From Candidatus Iainarchaeum sp. (GTDB lineage: Archaea; Iainarchaeota; Iainarchaeia; Iainarchaeales; 0-14-0-20-30-16): 32,000 nucleotides of DNA. Where the stretch lies: the NCBI GenBank assembly GCA_028710695.1, contig JAQTTP010000007.1:1-32000 (forward strand), given 5' to 3'. A program made the translations under genes and the position numbers. The notes below the pieces were generated by a model. The model made no database searches. It was not told where the DNA came from and worked only from the letters and a program-made list of their open reading frames with translations. Of the stretch, positions 1 through 7,781 are shown in pieces (position 1 is the stretch's first letter; each line of letters starts with the position of its first letter).

Positions 1-237
1 GACAATGATGGGCATAATCTTACAAAAGACGGAAAAGAAATTCTTCCAAAAAAAATAAAAATTGGAAATAATGTTTGGCTTGGGAGAAATGTTTCTGTAT
101 TAAAAGGAGTTACAATTGGGAATAATGTTGTAATTGGGGCTGGAAGTATTGTGACAAAAGATATTCCATCAAATTGTATTGCTGCAGGAAACCCAGCAAA
201 AGTAATCTATAAAGGCAAAGTAGAATGGAGCAGGTAA
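1..237 (+). CDS. Acyltransferase with left-handed beta-helix (hexapeptide repeat), 5'-truncated C-terminal part
   Basis: Frame 1 reads ...[64 protein letters not shown], with typical hexapeptide repeats and a C-terminal AGNPAKVI motif. Not in the ORF track because the start lies outside the window. Confidence 0.88.
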   Translation, partial: DNDGHNLTKDGKEILPKKIKIGNNVWLGRNVSVLKGVTIGNNVVIGAGSIVTKDIPSNCIAAGNPAKVIYKGKVEWSR

Positions 238-579
238 TTAAAAAATTAATTTGTCTCCTTCTTTTATTCTATTTTCATATTTCTCTGGCAGTTCTAAAAC
301 ATATCTTGCTGGTGCTTTAGGAGAATAGAATCTCCATGGTTTTGCAATCTTTGAATCCACCACTTTCTTATTAGAATCCAAAAAAACTAAAAAAATCGGA
401 AAGAAAACAAACATCATATGTATAGATGAACGATATTTACTTTCATAGCCCATATCAAAAATTAAACAATAATCGAAATCTTTTTTACAAGCAAACATCA
501 AGCCTTTTGCTTTTTGGAAAGCAGTTCTTGCATGCCTTGTTTGAATTATAGATTTATTTTTTGTTTCATTAAATAGCAT
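238..579 (-). CDS. DUF192-like small protein
   Basis: 113 aa ORF; the pattern GLMFACKKDFDYCLIFDMG...SIHMMFVFFPIFLVFLDSNKKVVD...PARYVLELP resembles DUF192. Confidence 0.7.
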   Translation of the reverse strand: MLFNETKNKSIIQTRHARTAFQKAKGLMFACKKDFDYCLIFDMGYESKYRSSIHMMFVFFPIFLVFLDSNKKVVDSKIAKPWRFYSPKAPARYVLELPEKYENRIKEGDKLIF

Positions 580-589
580 AAGACCACCA

Positions 590-799
590 TCATCTTACTT
601 CTTCTATCCTAGGGACATCTAGTTTCTCAACCATTTTCTTAGAAATGGCTAAAGCAAGTTTGATTTCATTAAAAACAGGCTTTGATTTTGTTTGGCTTTT
701 TTTAGGCTTTATCTTTGGATTTGTTTTTTTAGTTGTTGGCACTTTTTTTAGGACTTTCTTTTTAACCTCTTTTTTAGTAATTTTCTTTTTTGCCATCAA
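590..799 (-). CDS. Lysine-rich small hypothetical protein
   Basis: 69 aa ORF just upstream of the DUF192-like ORF on the same strand; basic KKxTKK-rich N-terminal half. Confidence 0.45.
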   Translation of the reverse strand: MMAKKKITKKEVKKKVLKKVPTTKKTNPKIKPKKSQTKSKPVFNEIKLALAISKKMVEKLDVPRIEEVR

Positions 800-841
800 T
801 AGATAAACATCTTAAGAGTATATAAAATTAGCTTTGCAAAA

Positions 842-1429
842 TCAATGCAGCCCAATTTGGTCTTTTATTTTTTTCATTGCATCGATTGCCAGCACAAAAA
901 ATTCTTCCAAAGGCAGACCAGCCAATTCAATTTCTTTAATTATGTCTCTATTACAATTTTCCGCAAATTTTTTGTCTTTAAATTTTTTCTTTAACCCACT
1001 GGCATCCATTGTAGAAATATCTCTTCCTCTCATTAAAGCATAGGCAAAAATAATTCCCGTCAGGGTCTCAGCAGCGGCAAGGCAATAATGGATTCTTAAA
1101 CTTCTTTTTTTGTCCTTTAAAGCAGGGATTACTTCATAGCCATACCCATGAGATTGCACTGTTTCAATAAATTTGTCATCAAAACCCTTGCTCTTTAACA
1201 GATCCACTGCTTTTATGCAGTGTTCACTACAATTATTTTTTGTTAAAGCCCAATCAACATCATGCAATAATCCAAGCAGCCCCCAATACTCCACATTGTC
1301 ATTAAACTTTTCAGCCAATGCCCGCATTATTGCTTCGCTTTCTAAATAATGATTAAAATCAGATTCAAGTTGCGGCATACTCTTAAGCCATGATATTGCT
1401 TCTTCCCTAGTAATTGGCAATGCATCCAT
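842..1429 (-). CDS. HD-domain phosphohydrolase-like protein
   Basis: 195 aa; H..LESEAIMRALA ... GLLGLLHDVDW ... HCIKAVDLL ... IHYCLAAAETLTG is consistent with the HD superfamily. Confidence 0.75.
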   Translation of the reverse strand: MDALPITREEAISWLKSMPQLESDFNHYLESEAIMRALAEKFNDNVEYWGLLGLLHDVDWALTKNNCSEHCIKAVDLLKSKGFDDKFIETVQSHGYGYEVIPALKDKKRSLRIHYCLAAAETLTGIIFAYALMRGRDISTMDASGLKKKFKDKKFAENCNRDIIKEIELAGLPLEEFFVLAIDAMKKIKDQIGLH

Positions 1430-1530
1430 ATTTACACCTTATAAATGAATTTCAGATTTTATTCTGATTCTTTCTTTTTGACAAACGGGGGCTTTATGCC
1501 CCAATGTTTTTTCTTTGGGGGAACTTACGG

Positions 1531-1559
1531 CTTTCTTTCTTTTCCAAAAAGAAAGAAAG
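1531..1559. repeat. AT-rich hairpin 8 bp from the 3' end of tRNA-Ser
   Basis: CTTTCTTTCTTTT-CCA-AAAAGAAAGAAAG, perfect 13-bp stem. Confidence 0.85.
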
Positions 1560-1567
1560 GCATAGAC

Positions 1568-1650
1568 GCAGGGAGTGGGATTCGAACCCACGCCTCCTTG
1601 CGGAGACCGGCTTTCCAGACCGGCGCGTTGAACCACTTCGCTACCCCTGC
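1568..1650 (-). tRNA. tRNA-Ser (anticodon GGA)
   Basis: Reverse complement GCAGGGGTAGCGAAGTGGTTCAACGCGCCGGTCTGGAAAGCCGGTCTCCGCAAGGAGGCGTGGGTTCGAATCCCACTCCCTGC. It has an acceptor stem, anticodon loop CTGGAAA, a long variable arm and a TTCGAAT T-loop. Confidence 0.95.
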
Positions 1651-1675
1651 AATCTTTCTTTCCAAAAGAAAGATT
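1651..1675. repeat. Related hairpin abutting the 5' end of tRNA-Ser
   Basis: AATCTTTCTTT-CCA-AAAGAAAGATT, perfect 11-bp stem. Confidence 0.85.
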
Positions 1676-1692
1676 AGCCTCACAAAGAAAGG

Positions 1693-1723
1693 GTACCACA
1701 CAAGGTGGTACAGTGCTTCGCAC
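1693..1723. repeat. ACAAG-loop double hairpin upstream of tRNA-Ser
   Basis: GTACCAC-ACAAG-GTGGTAC then GTGC-TTC-GCAC. Confidence 0.75.
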
Positions 1724-1843
1724 ATTAAAACAAGAATCAAAGCAAATAACCAGCCAAAAAACACCCATACAAAAAAATACAGGATAGAATTTGACTCCTA
1801 TAAGGCTTTTCACCCTATTTTATATTATATCTATATTGTAGAT

Positions 1844-1862
1844 AATATATAAAAAAGCATTA
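1844..1862 (+). promoter_or_regulatory. Putative archaeal TATA-box region upstream of valS
   Basis: AATATATAAAAAAGCATTA, nearly the same sequence as upstream of tldD (10714-10731). Confidence 0.5.
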
Positions 1863-1894
1863 CTTCATTATTTGTATTATAAGTTATACTAACT

Positions 1895-4276
1895 ATGGTG
1901 TCAATTATGGAACAAAATAAGTATCAACAAGAATCAGTATTAACCGAAAAAACCTGGACAAAAGAAATGGAAATTGAACGAGCAAAAAAGATTTTTTCCA
2001 AAGAAAGAACCAAGTTCAATCCAAAAACAAAAAAGAAGATCTATTCTATTGACACACCACCTCCATTCATAAACGCCCCAATCCACATAGGGCATGCAAC
2101 AACATATGTCCTAATGGATATGTTTGCAAGATACAAAAAACAAAAGGGCTTTGAAGTAATATTCCCTTTAGGCCTAGACAGAAACGGCCTGCCAATAGAA
2201 GTAGCTGCAGAAAAGAAATTTAATGTAAAACTTACAACTCTGAGCAGGGAAAAGGCACTAGAATACTGTGAAAAAGTTCTTGCAGAAACATCTTTAGCAT
2301 CAACAAATGCCTTCAAAGGCTTAGCAATTGAATTCAACTCATACCAGCTTGGGCCAAATGTTGGAGATGCTTATTACACAGACATGGAAGATTACAGAAT
2401 ACTAACACAAGCAACATTCATAGAACTTTGGAATAAAGGGCTTATTTATGAAGACGAAAGAATAAATAATTGGGATCCTGCTTTACAGACAACAATTGCA
2501 GACTCAGAAATAGATTACAAGGATATTGAAACCTTATTCAATGATATTAAATTCAAATGCAAAGAAACCGGCGAAGATTTGATTATTGGAACAACAAGAC
2601 CGGAGCTTATCTCTTCTTGTGGAATGGTAATCTTCAATCCTGAAGATAAAAGATACAAACAACTAAACGGAAAAACTGCAATAACTCCAATCTACAACAG
2701 AGAAGTAAAAATAAAGGCAGATCCTTCTGCAAAAATAGATAAAGGAACTGGTCTAGCAATGATGTGTTCTGCAGGAGACTTAAGCGATATTAGATTTTTC
2801 AGAGATAATAACATAAAACCAATAATTAGCATAAACAAAGATGGCACAATGAACAAAAATGCTGGCTTCTTAGAAGGATTAAAAGTAAAAGAAGCAAGGC
2901 AAAAAATGATTGAAGAGTTAGAAGCAAAAGACTTACTAGTTAGCAAAAGAAAAGTCATGCACACAATACCAATAAGTGAAAGATCGAAAGCGGAAATAGA
3001 GTTCATATCTATGAAAGAATATTACATGAAACAGATGCAAGTAAAAGATAAAATTATGGAAATTGCAAAAGAAACAAAGATTTATTCTGAGAATTCAAGA
3101 CAATTACTAATAGACTGGATTAATTCTGTAAATATGGATTGGCCAATATCAAGAAGAAGATACTATGGAACTGAGATTCCACTATGGTTTTGTGAGAAGT
3201 GCGGTTATGTATACTTGCCAAAACCTGGAAAATACTACAGACCATGGAAAGAGAGCCCAGATATAAAAGAATGCCCCGAATGTAAGCACAAGAAATTCAT
3301 AGGAGAGACAAGAATTTTTGACACATGGTTTGATTCATCCTCAAGCCCACAGTTCATCTTGGGCTATTACAAAGATAGAAAGTTCTATGACAAGAATACT
3401 CCCTGCTCCCTAAGGCCGCAAGGAAAAGAGATAATCAGAACTTGGTTATATTATACTCTATTAAAATCATACTTACTAAATGGAAAAAACATCTTTGATG
3501 CTATCTGGATAAACCACCACATCCTAGACGGAAAGGGTATAAAAATGTCAAAGTCTTTAGGCAACACTATAGACCCACAAGAAGTTATTGCGAAGTATGG
3601 TTGTGAACCATTTAGATTATGGGCTTGTCTAGAGGGAAACATCACAAACTCAGACATGATGTGTTCATACGACAGGATAAGCGGAGCAACAAAGACAATA
3701 ATCAAACTTTGGAATGTTGCTAAGTTCATATCATCTTTCAAAAGGACTGACAAAGCAACCCTTACAGAAGTTGATAAAAGCATTCTTACAGATTTAGATA
3801 GCTTAATTAAAGAATCAGAAAAATCATTTGAAGAGTACGATTTCCACAACCCTTCAAAAGCAATAAAGCATTTTATCTGGGAAGACTTAGCATCCCACTA
3901 CCTAGAAATTGCAAAGAAAAGAATTTATTCTTTGGATATGGAGGACAAAAGCAAGGAGGCAGCAATATACACATTATATACAGTTCTTGAAAAGTTGCTA
4001 GTTTTGCTACATCCAATAAATCCTCTTATAACAGAAGAGATCTATTCAAACCTTTATAAGAAAGAGATTTGCTTAGAAAGTTTCCCAGAACTTGAAAACA
4101 TAAAATCCAAAGTAGAGTTCAGCGATATAATAAAAATAAATACAGAAATTTGGAAATACAAACAAGAGAACACAATAAAGAATATAGAAACATTGGAAAG
4201 CTACAAGATCCCAAAAGAACTCGAAGCAGTAAAAGAAGACATTGCATTATTGCATAACATAAAAACAGTTAAGTGA
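1895..4276 (+). CDS. valS: Valyl-tRNA synthetase
   Basis: 793 aa class Ia synthetase; DTPPPFINAPIHIGHA (HIGH region), GLDRNGLPIE, WPISRRRYYGTEIP, GKGIKMSKSLGN (KMSKS). The start may be 1895 or 1907. Confidence 0.88.
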   Translation: MVSIMEQNKYQQESVLTEKTWTKEMEIERAKKIFSKERTKFNPKTKKKIYSIDTPPPFINAPIHIGHATTYVLMDMFARYKKQKGFEVIFPLGLDRNGLPIEVAAEKKFNVKLTTLSREKALEYCEKVLAETSLASTNAFKGLAIEFNSYQLGPNVGDAYYTDMEDYRILTQATFIELWNKGLIYEDERINNWDPALQTTIADSEIDYKDIETLFNDIKFKCKETGEDLIIGTTRPELISSCGMVIFNPEDKRYKQLNGKTAITPIYNREVKIKADPSAKIDKGTGLAMMCSAGDLSDIRFFRDNNIKPIISINKDGTMNKNAGFLEGLKVKEARQKMIEELEAKDLLVSKRKVMHTIPISERSKAEIEFISMKEYYMKQMQVKDKIMEIAKETKIYSENSRQLLIDWINSVNMDWPISRRRYYGTEIPLWFCEKCGYVYLPKPGKYYRPWKESPDIKECPECKHKKFIGETRIFDTWFDSSSSPQFILGYYKDRKFYDKNTPCSLRPQGKEIIRTWLYYTLLKSYLLNGKNIFDAIWINHHILDGKGIKMSKSLGNTIDPQEVIAKYGCEPFRLWACLEGNITNSDMMCSYDRISGATKTIIKLWNVAKFISSFKRTDKATLTEVDKSILTDLDSLIKESEKSFEEYDFHNPSKAIKHFIWEDLASHYLEIAKKRIYSLDMEDKSKEAAIYTLYTVLEKLLVLLHPINPLITEEIYSNLYKKEICLESFPELENIKSKVEFSDIIKINTEIWKYKQENTIKNIETLESYKIPKELEAVKEDIALLHNIKTVK

Positions 4277-4280
4277 GATT

Positions 4281-5258
4281 ATGCCAAGAAAAAGAATGCC
4301 GAGATATGAAGTTAAACACCATGAAAAGCCATTAGTAGATCTTGTTGTACAACATTCAACGTATGTTTTTCCAAAGGAATTACACAGCGCAGTAGATTAT
4401 AACATTAAAGAAATTTCTACAGTGTTCTCAAGAGCAGGAACACAAGATTTGGGCCGTGAGCTAGAGGGGTTCCGTAGAATACTATTTGATGGGTTTAACA
4501 TTGACCAACTAGATATAGGTAGCCAAAAGCAGGTATTAGCATGGGTAAAAAGAAAAATCTTCGAACTTGGGCGATTACCTACTAAGGAAGAAATTCTAGA
4601 ACACAGGCTTGCAAAATTGAACCATGATCAAAAAAATAGAAAAAGAATTCTTGAAAACAAAGAGGTATTACAAAAACAACTAGATTCAAAAATAGAACTT
4701 ATTATGGCTGAAGCAGGGCACTATAAAATTAATCTTGCTCTTGCAAAAAAAGCTTATTTTAGCAAAGATCCCAGAATTTCAGTTGAAGATATACAAAAAA
4801 TGATAAGTCGTGAAGTACAAGAGGGAAAAACAGGGGCCCTCATAAAACAAGGCATTATCTTTGCGCCAACTAAGAAATGGCAAAATCCAAGTGTAAGAAG
4901 CAGAGTAATCAGAGCAATGGCAGAGGTGTTGGGTTTAAGACATTTCGAACTCAATGGTTTCTATTTTGAATTATTCGGCCTAAGACCATTACTTCGGTTT
5001 TATGGCTCAAGCCCAGGAAAAGCAGTAGTAGAAGCTTTTGGATTAAAGCCGTGGGAAGCTAGTAAAGTAAATGTTGGATTTTTTAAACCAAGAAATACCA
5101 GAGTCGAAGCAATGAAATGGTTAATACAAAAAACAGGAAAAACTCTTGATGAACTAATTATAGACGACCTTTTAAACGGTGGCTTAAGTGGGCTACTCAG
5201 AGGTTATGGAAATAATCTAACAGTTCTTAAAAAAGACCTTGCCCCCCATCTCAAGTAA
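4281..5258 (+). CDS. Conserved-looking uncharacterised protein, possibly with repeated C-terminal modules
   Basis: 325 aa ORF starting 4 bp after the valS stop; the C-terminus has two similar segments, HFELNGFYFELFGLRPLLRFYGSSPGKAVVEAF and LDELIIDDLLNGGLSGLLRGYGNNLTVLKKDLA. Confidence 0.75.
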   Translation: MPRKRMPRYEVKHHEKPLVDLVVQHSTYVFPKELHSAVDYNIKEISTVFSRAGTQDLGRELEGFRRILFDGFNIDQLDIGSQKQVLAWVKRKIFELGRLPTKEEILEHRLAKLNHDQKNRKRILENKEVLQKQLDSKIELIMAEAGHYKINLALAKKAYFSKDPRISVEDIQKMISREVQEGKTGALIKQGIIFAPTKKWQNPSVRSRVIRAMAEVLGLRHFELNGFYFELFGLRPLLRFYGSSPGKAVVEAFGLKPWEASKVNVGFFKPRNTRVEAMKWLIQKTGKTLDELIIDDLLNGGLSGLLRGYGNNLTVLKKDLAPHLK

Positions 5259-5469
5259 TACTGGAAGTATTGGGGGTAATTACCCCAAAAACACACAGTA
5301 ATTACAGTTCTTACCCAGACCGGATTTCATTAACTTTCTTAATTTCATTACCATAATTACCAACTTTCCTAACCAATTATTAACTTTTGGTTTGTATTTG
5401 TTAACCAAACAACATATAGCCAACATAGTCCATATTAATTAGTATACTATACGCCGAGGAGGTGTTGCG

Positions 5470-5739
5470 ATGGATAAGATTATTTTATCATTTGAAGAGT
5501 TGTTTACAAAGTACAAGAATATTTTAAGTCTAAAAGAATTAGTTGATTTTTCAAAACAGTTGGCTGATGCCGGCTACAACCTAGCAATTGGAAAAGATAA
5601 AGATATAGTAAACCCAATTAGCAAACCAGGAGTTGGGCTTTTCGACAGCATAAGAAGAATGGGCAACGGAAATAAAGAAATTGAATTAACTCCGGGCCAA
5701 GAATATATGTACAGATGGAAAGAGCCATGGAAGTTCTAA
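5470..5739 (+). CDS. Small hypothetical protein
   Basis: 89 aa ORF preceded by a strong Shine-Dalgarno-like GAGGAGGTG. Confidence 0.65.
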   Translation: MDKIILSFEELFTKYKNILSLKELVDFSKQLADAGYNLAIGKDKDIVNPISKPGVGLFDSIRRMGNGNKEIELTPGQEYMYRWKEPWKF

Positions 5740-5759
5740 GACTTCCATGTATTTCCCCC

Positions 5760-6602
5760 TTATTCTATTTTTTTTATTATATCAACAACAAATTCTAGAG
5801 AGCCATCATTAAGGATAAGGACATCATACACTTTCTTATAAGCCTCAAGTTTACTACCGTCATCCAAAAACCCAATTTTCAAAACAACTTTGTGTTCTAA
5901 CCCATCAGCCATTGTTGTGTCTCCAAGGGAATCCCCTAGAAGAATTACATTCTTTCTATCCTTTATTTTTGAAAAATGTTTATCTTTGGCAACAGCAATT
6001 TCCCCTTTATTATCTGAGTGTATTATTTTCCCTTTGTACCCTGTTATTCTTCCCGAGGCATCATAATTATAGAAGTTTGAAATTATTGAAATGTCTTTAT
6101 GTAGCAGGCCTTTGGATTCAAAAAAATACTGGATTACATCTCCAATTCCTGCAGAGAAAACAAGCAGAGGAACCCCATTATCTTTTAGAACATTAATAAA
6201 TTTGTCTATGCTATCTCTAAATTTCATTTTATACTTTGTATCTCGACAAAGTTTATCAACTACATTTTTAGTTAGCCCTTTTTCTATGTGCAAATCAAGG
6301 TGTTCCTGCCACCAAGCCTCCATTTTTTTTATTTTTTCTTTAACTGAAAGGGTGTGATCATTCTCAAAAGGACTATATTTGTCATACAAGGCATGGGCTT
6401 TCTCAATATAGTCTTTATCCAAATAGTCATCTTCCCTAAGAAGAGCAATAACAGACTTAAAATCTTTGCCATTCACCTTAGCAGTAGTTAGTGTTTTATC
6501 AAAATCAGCAATTATATGTAGGTTGTCAAGCCCACCCTTCTTTATTTGTTCAACTTTCCTATTGAACTCCTTTTCATTGACTATAACAACATTATCTTTC
6601 AT
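5760..6602 (-). CDS. HAD-family 5'-nucleotidase, UMPH-1 (pyrimidine 5'-nucleotidase)-like
   Basis: 280 aa; IIADFDKTLTT (HAD motif I), YDKYSPFE, KIKKMEAWWQEHLDLHIEKGL, FSAGIGDVIQ, NFYNYDASGRITGYKGKIIHSDNKGE, LLGDSLGDTTMADG. Confidence 0.82.
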   Translation of the reverse strand: MKDNVVIVNEKEFNRKVEQIKKGGLDNLHIIADFDKTLTTAKVNGKDFKSVIALLREDDYLDKDYIEKAHALYDKYSPFENDHTLSVKEKIKKMEAWWQEHLDLHIEKGLTKNVVDKLCRDTKYKMKFRDSIDKFINVLKDNGVPLLVFSAGIGDVIQYFFESKGLLHKDISIISNFYNYDASGRITGYKGKIIHSDNKGEIAVAKDKHFSKIKDRKNVILLGDSLGDTTMADGLEHKVVLKIGFLDDGSKLEAYKKVYDVLILNDGSLEFVVDIIKKIE

Positions 6603-6638
6603 ATAGATCTATAGTTATAGAATTATATTTAGTATTTA

Positions 6639-7715
6639 CTATTTGTATTCAGTTCCATAGATCTTGAACTCACCAGAAATATCTTTTTCTTGCCATTCTT
6701 TTACCCAATCGTCTATGTTATAAACTTTGTAAGATCCATCTTTTGTACTACAAACAACCTTAGAAAGCCCAGTATTAATTATCATCTTCTTACATATAAA
6801 GCAAGGGAAAGCATCTATTGGCTCAATTATTCCGTGGTATGACTTCTCAGAATAAAGATACATTGTTCCGCCCAAGATCTTCATTCCATTTCTTGCGGCA
6901 TTTATTATTGCATTTTGCTCAGCATGCACAGAAGCGCAAAGTTCATATCTCTGACCAGAAGTTACTTTCATTTTTCTTCTAATACAATAACCTCTTTTGT
7001 AGCAATCTTTAGTTTTTCTCGGAGCCCCGGTATAACCAGAACTAACTATTGTATTATCAACAGTAATCACCGCCCCCATTCTTGCGGACAAGCAGTCCCC
7101 CCTCAGAGCGTGCTCTTTTGCAATATTCAAAAAGAAAGCGTCCCAATTAGGTTTATCTCTATTCCTAATCTGTATTTGTAGCATCAAGTCATCTAGGTTT
7201 TGTTCTAAGTTTTCAATTGTAGAATCATTGTCCAAAACATAGTCTGCCATTTCTTTACATTCAAGCAATTGCTGGGCACTCTCATCTTTGTTCTTTAGTT
7301 CTTTTTTTTCAGATTCTAAAAAAGATTCCAAGCTTGTTGTGTGCTCCATTTCTTTGTTTCTTTTTTTTGCCCTATCGTACCTCACTTCAGGAGATGCAGA
7401 AACAAATATTAAATAAAAGCCAGGCAATTTTCTAAATACATCTATCTCTTTTGGGTTCCTCAAAGATTCTATAACATAGTGCTTCTTATCAAGTATTCTT
7501 CCAACTAATCTTTCTGCAAGAATTCCTGCACCAAAATTTTCTCTTAATTCGTTCCCAACTTTTTGAAGGTTGTCTCTTGTAAGTTCGATTCCTCTTGTTT
7601 TACATTCTTCCCTAATAATATCGGAACAGGAGTGGACTTCAAATCCTTTCTTTCGAAGATATTCTCCTACTGTGTCCTTACCAGACGCAAAAAAACCTGT
7701 AACTCCAAGAATCAT
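6639..7715 (-). CDS. Fusion of an N-terminal P-loop kinase-like domain and a C-terminal dCMP/cytidine deaminase domain
   Basis: 358 aa; N-terminal GVTGFFASGKDTVGEYL Walker A; C-terminal SARMGAVI...SSGYTGAPR...CASVHAEQNAI...DAFPCFICKKMIINTG zinc deaminase signature. Confidence 0.87.
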   Translation of the reverse strand: MILGVTGFFASGKDTVGEYLRKKGFEVHSCSDIIREECKTRGIELTRDNLQKVGNELRENFGAGILAERLVGRILDKKHYVIESLRNPKEIDVFRKLPGFYLIFVSASPEVRYDRAKKRNKEMEHTTSLESFLESEKKELKNKDESAQQLLECKEMADYVLDNDSTIENLEQNLDDLMLQIQIRNRDKPNWDAFFLNIAKEHALRGDCLSARMGAVITVDNTIVSSGYTGAPRKTKDCYKRGYCIRRKMKVTSGQRYELCASVHAEQNAIINAARNGMKILGGTMYLYSEKSYHGIIEPIDAFPCFICKKMIINTGLSKVVCSTKDGSYKVYNIDDWVKEWQEKDISGEFKIYGTEYK

Positions 7716-7781
7716 TTTACCACCAAAAACAAGATATAAAAAAATAAGAATAATAGATTTTATATACTATTGCTGAGTATA

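Noticed and set aside
1439-1852. ORFs of 79-135 aa on both strands across 1439-1852
   Set aside because: They run straight through the well-supported tRNA-Ser gene and its hairpins; coding in either frame is very unlikely.
2041-2337. Antisense ORFs inside valS (2041-2337, 2692-3006, 3451-3849)
   Set aside because: The sense frame encodes a fully conserved synthetase; these antisense ORFs are a by-product of codon usage.
6639-7715. Calling the kinase/deaminase fusion an AvcD-type antiphage gene
   Set aside because: The domain order is similar, but there is no adjacent AvcI-like RNA or other defence genes that I can identify, and yeast Dcd1-like housekeeping proteins share the architecture.
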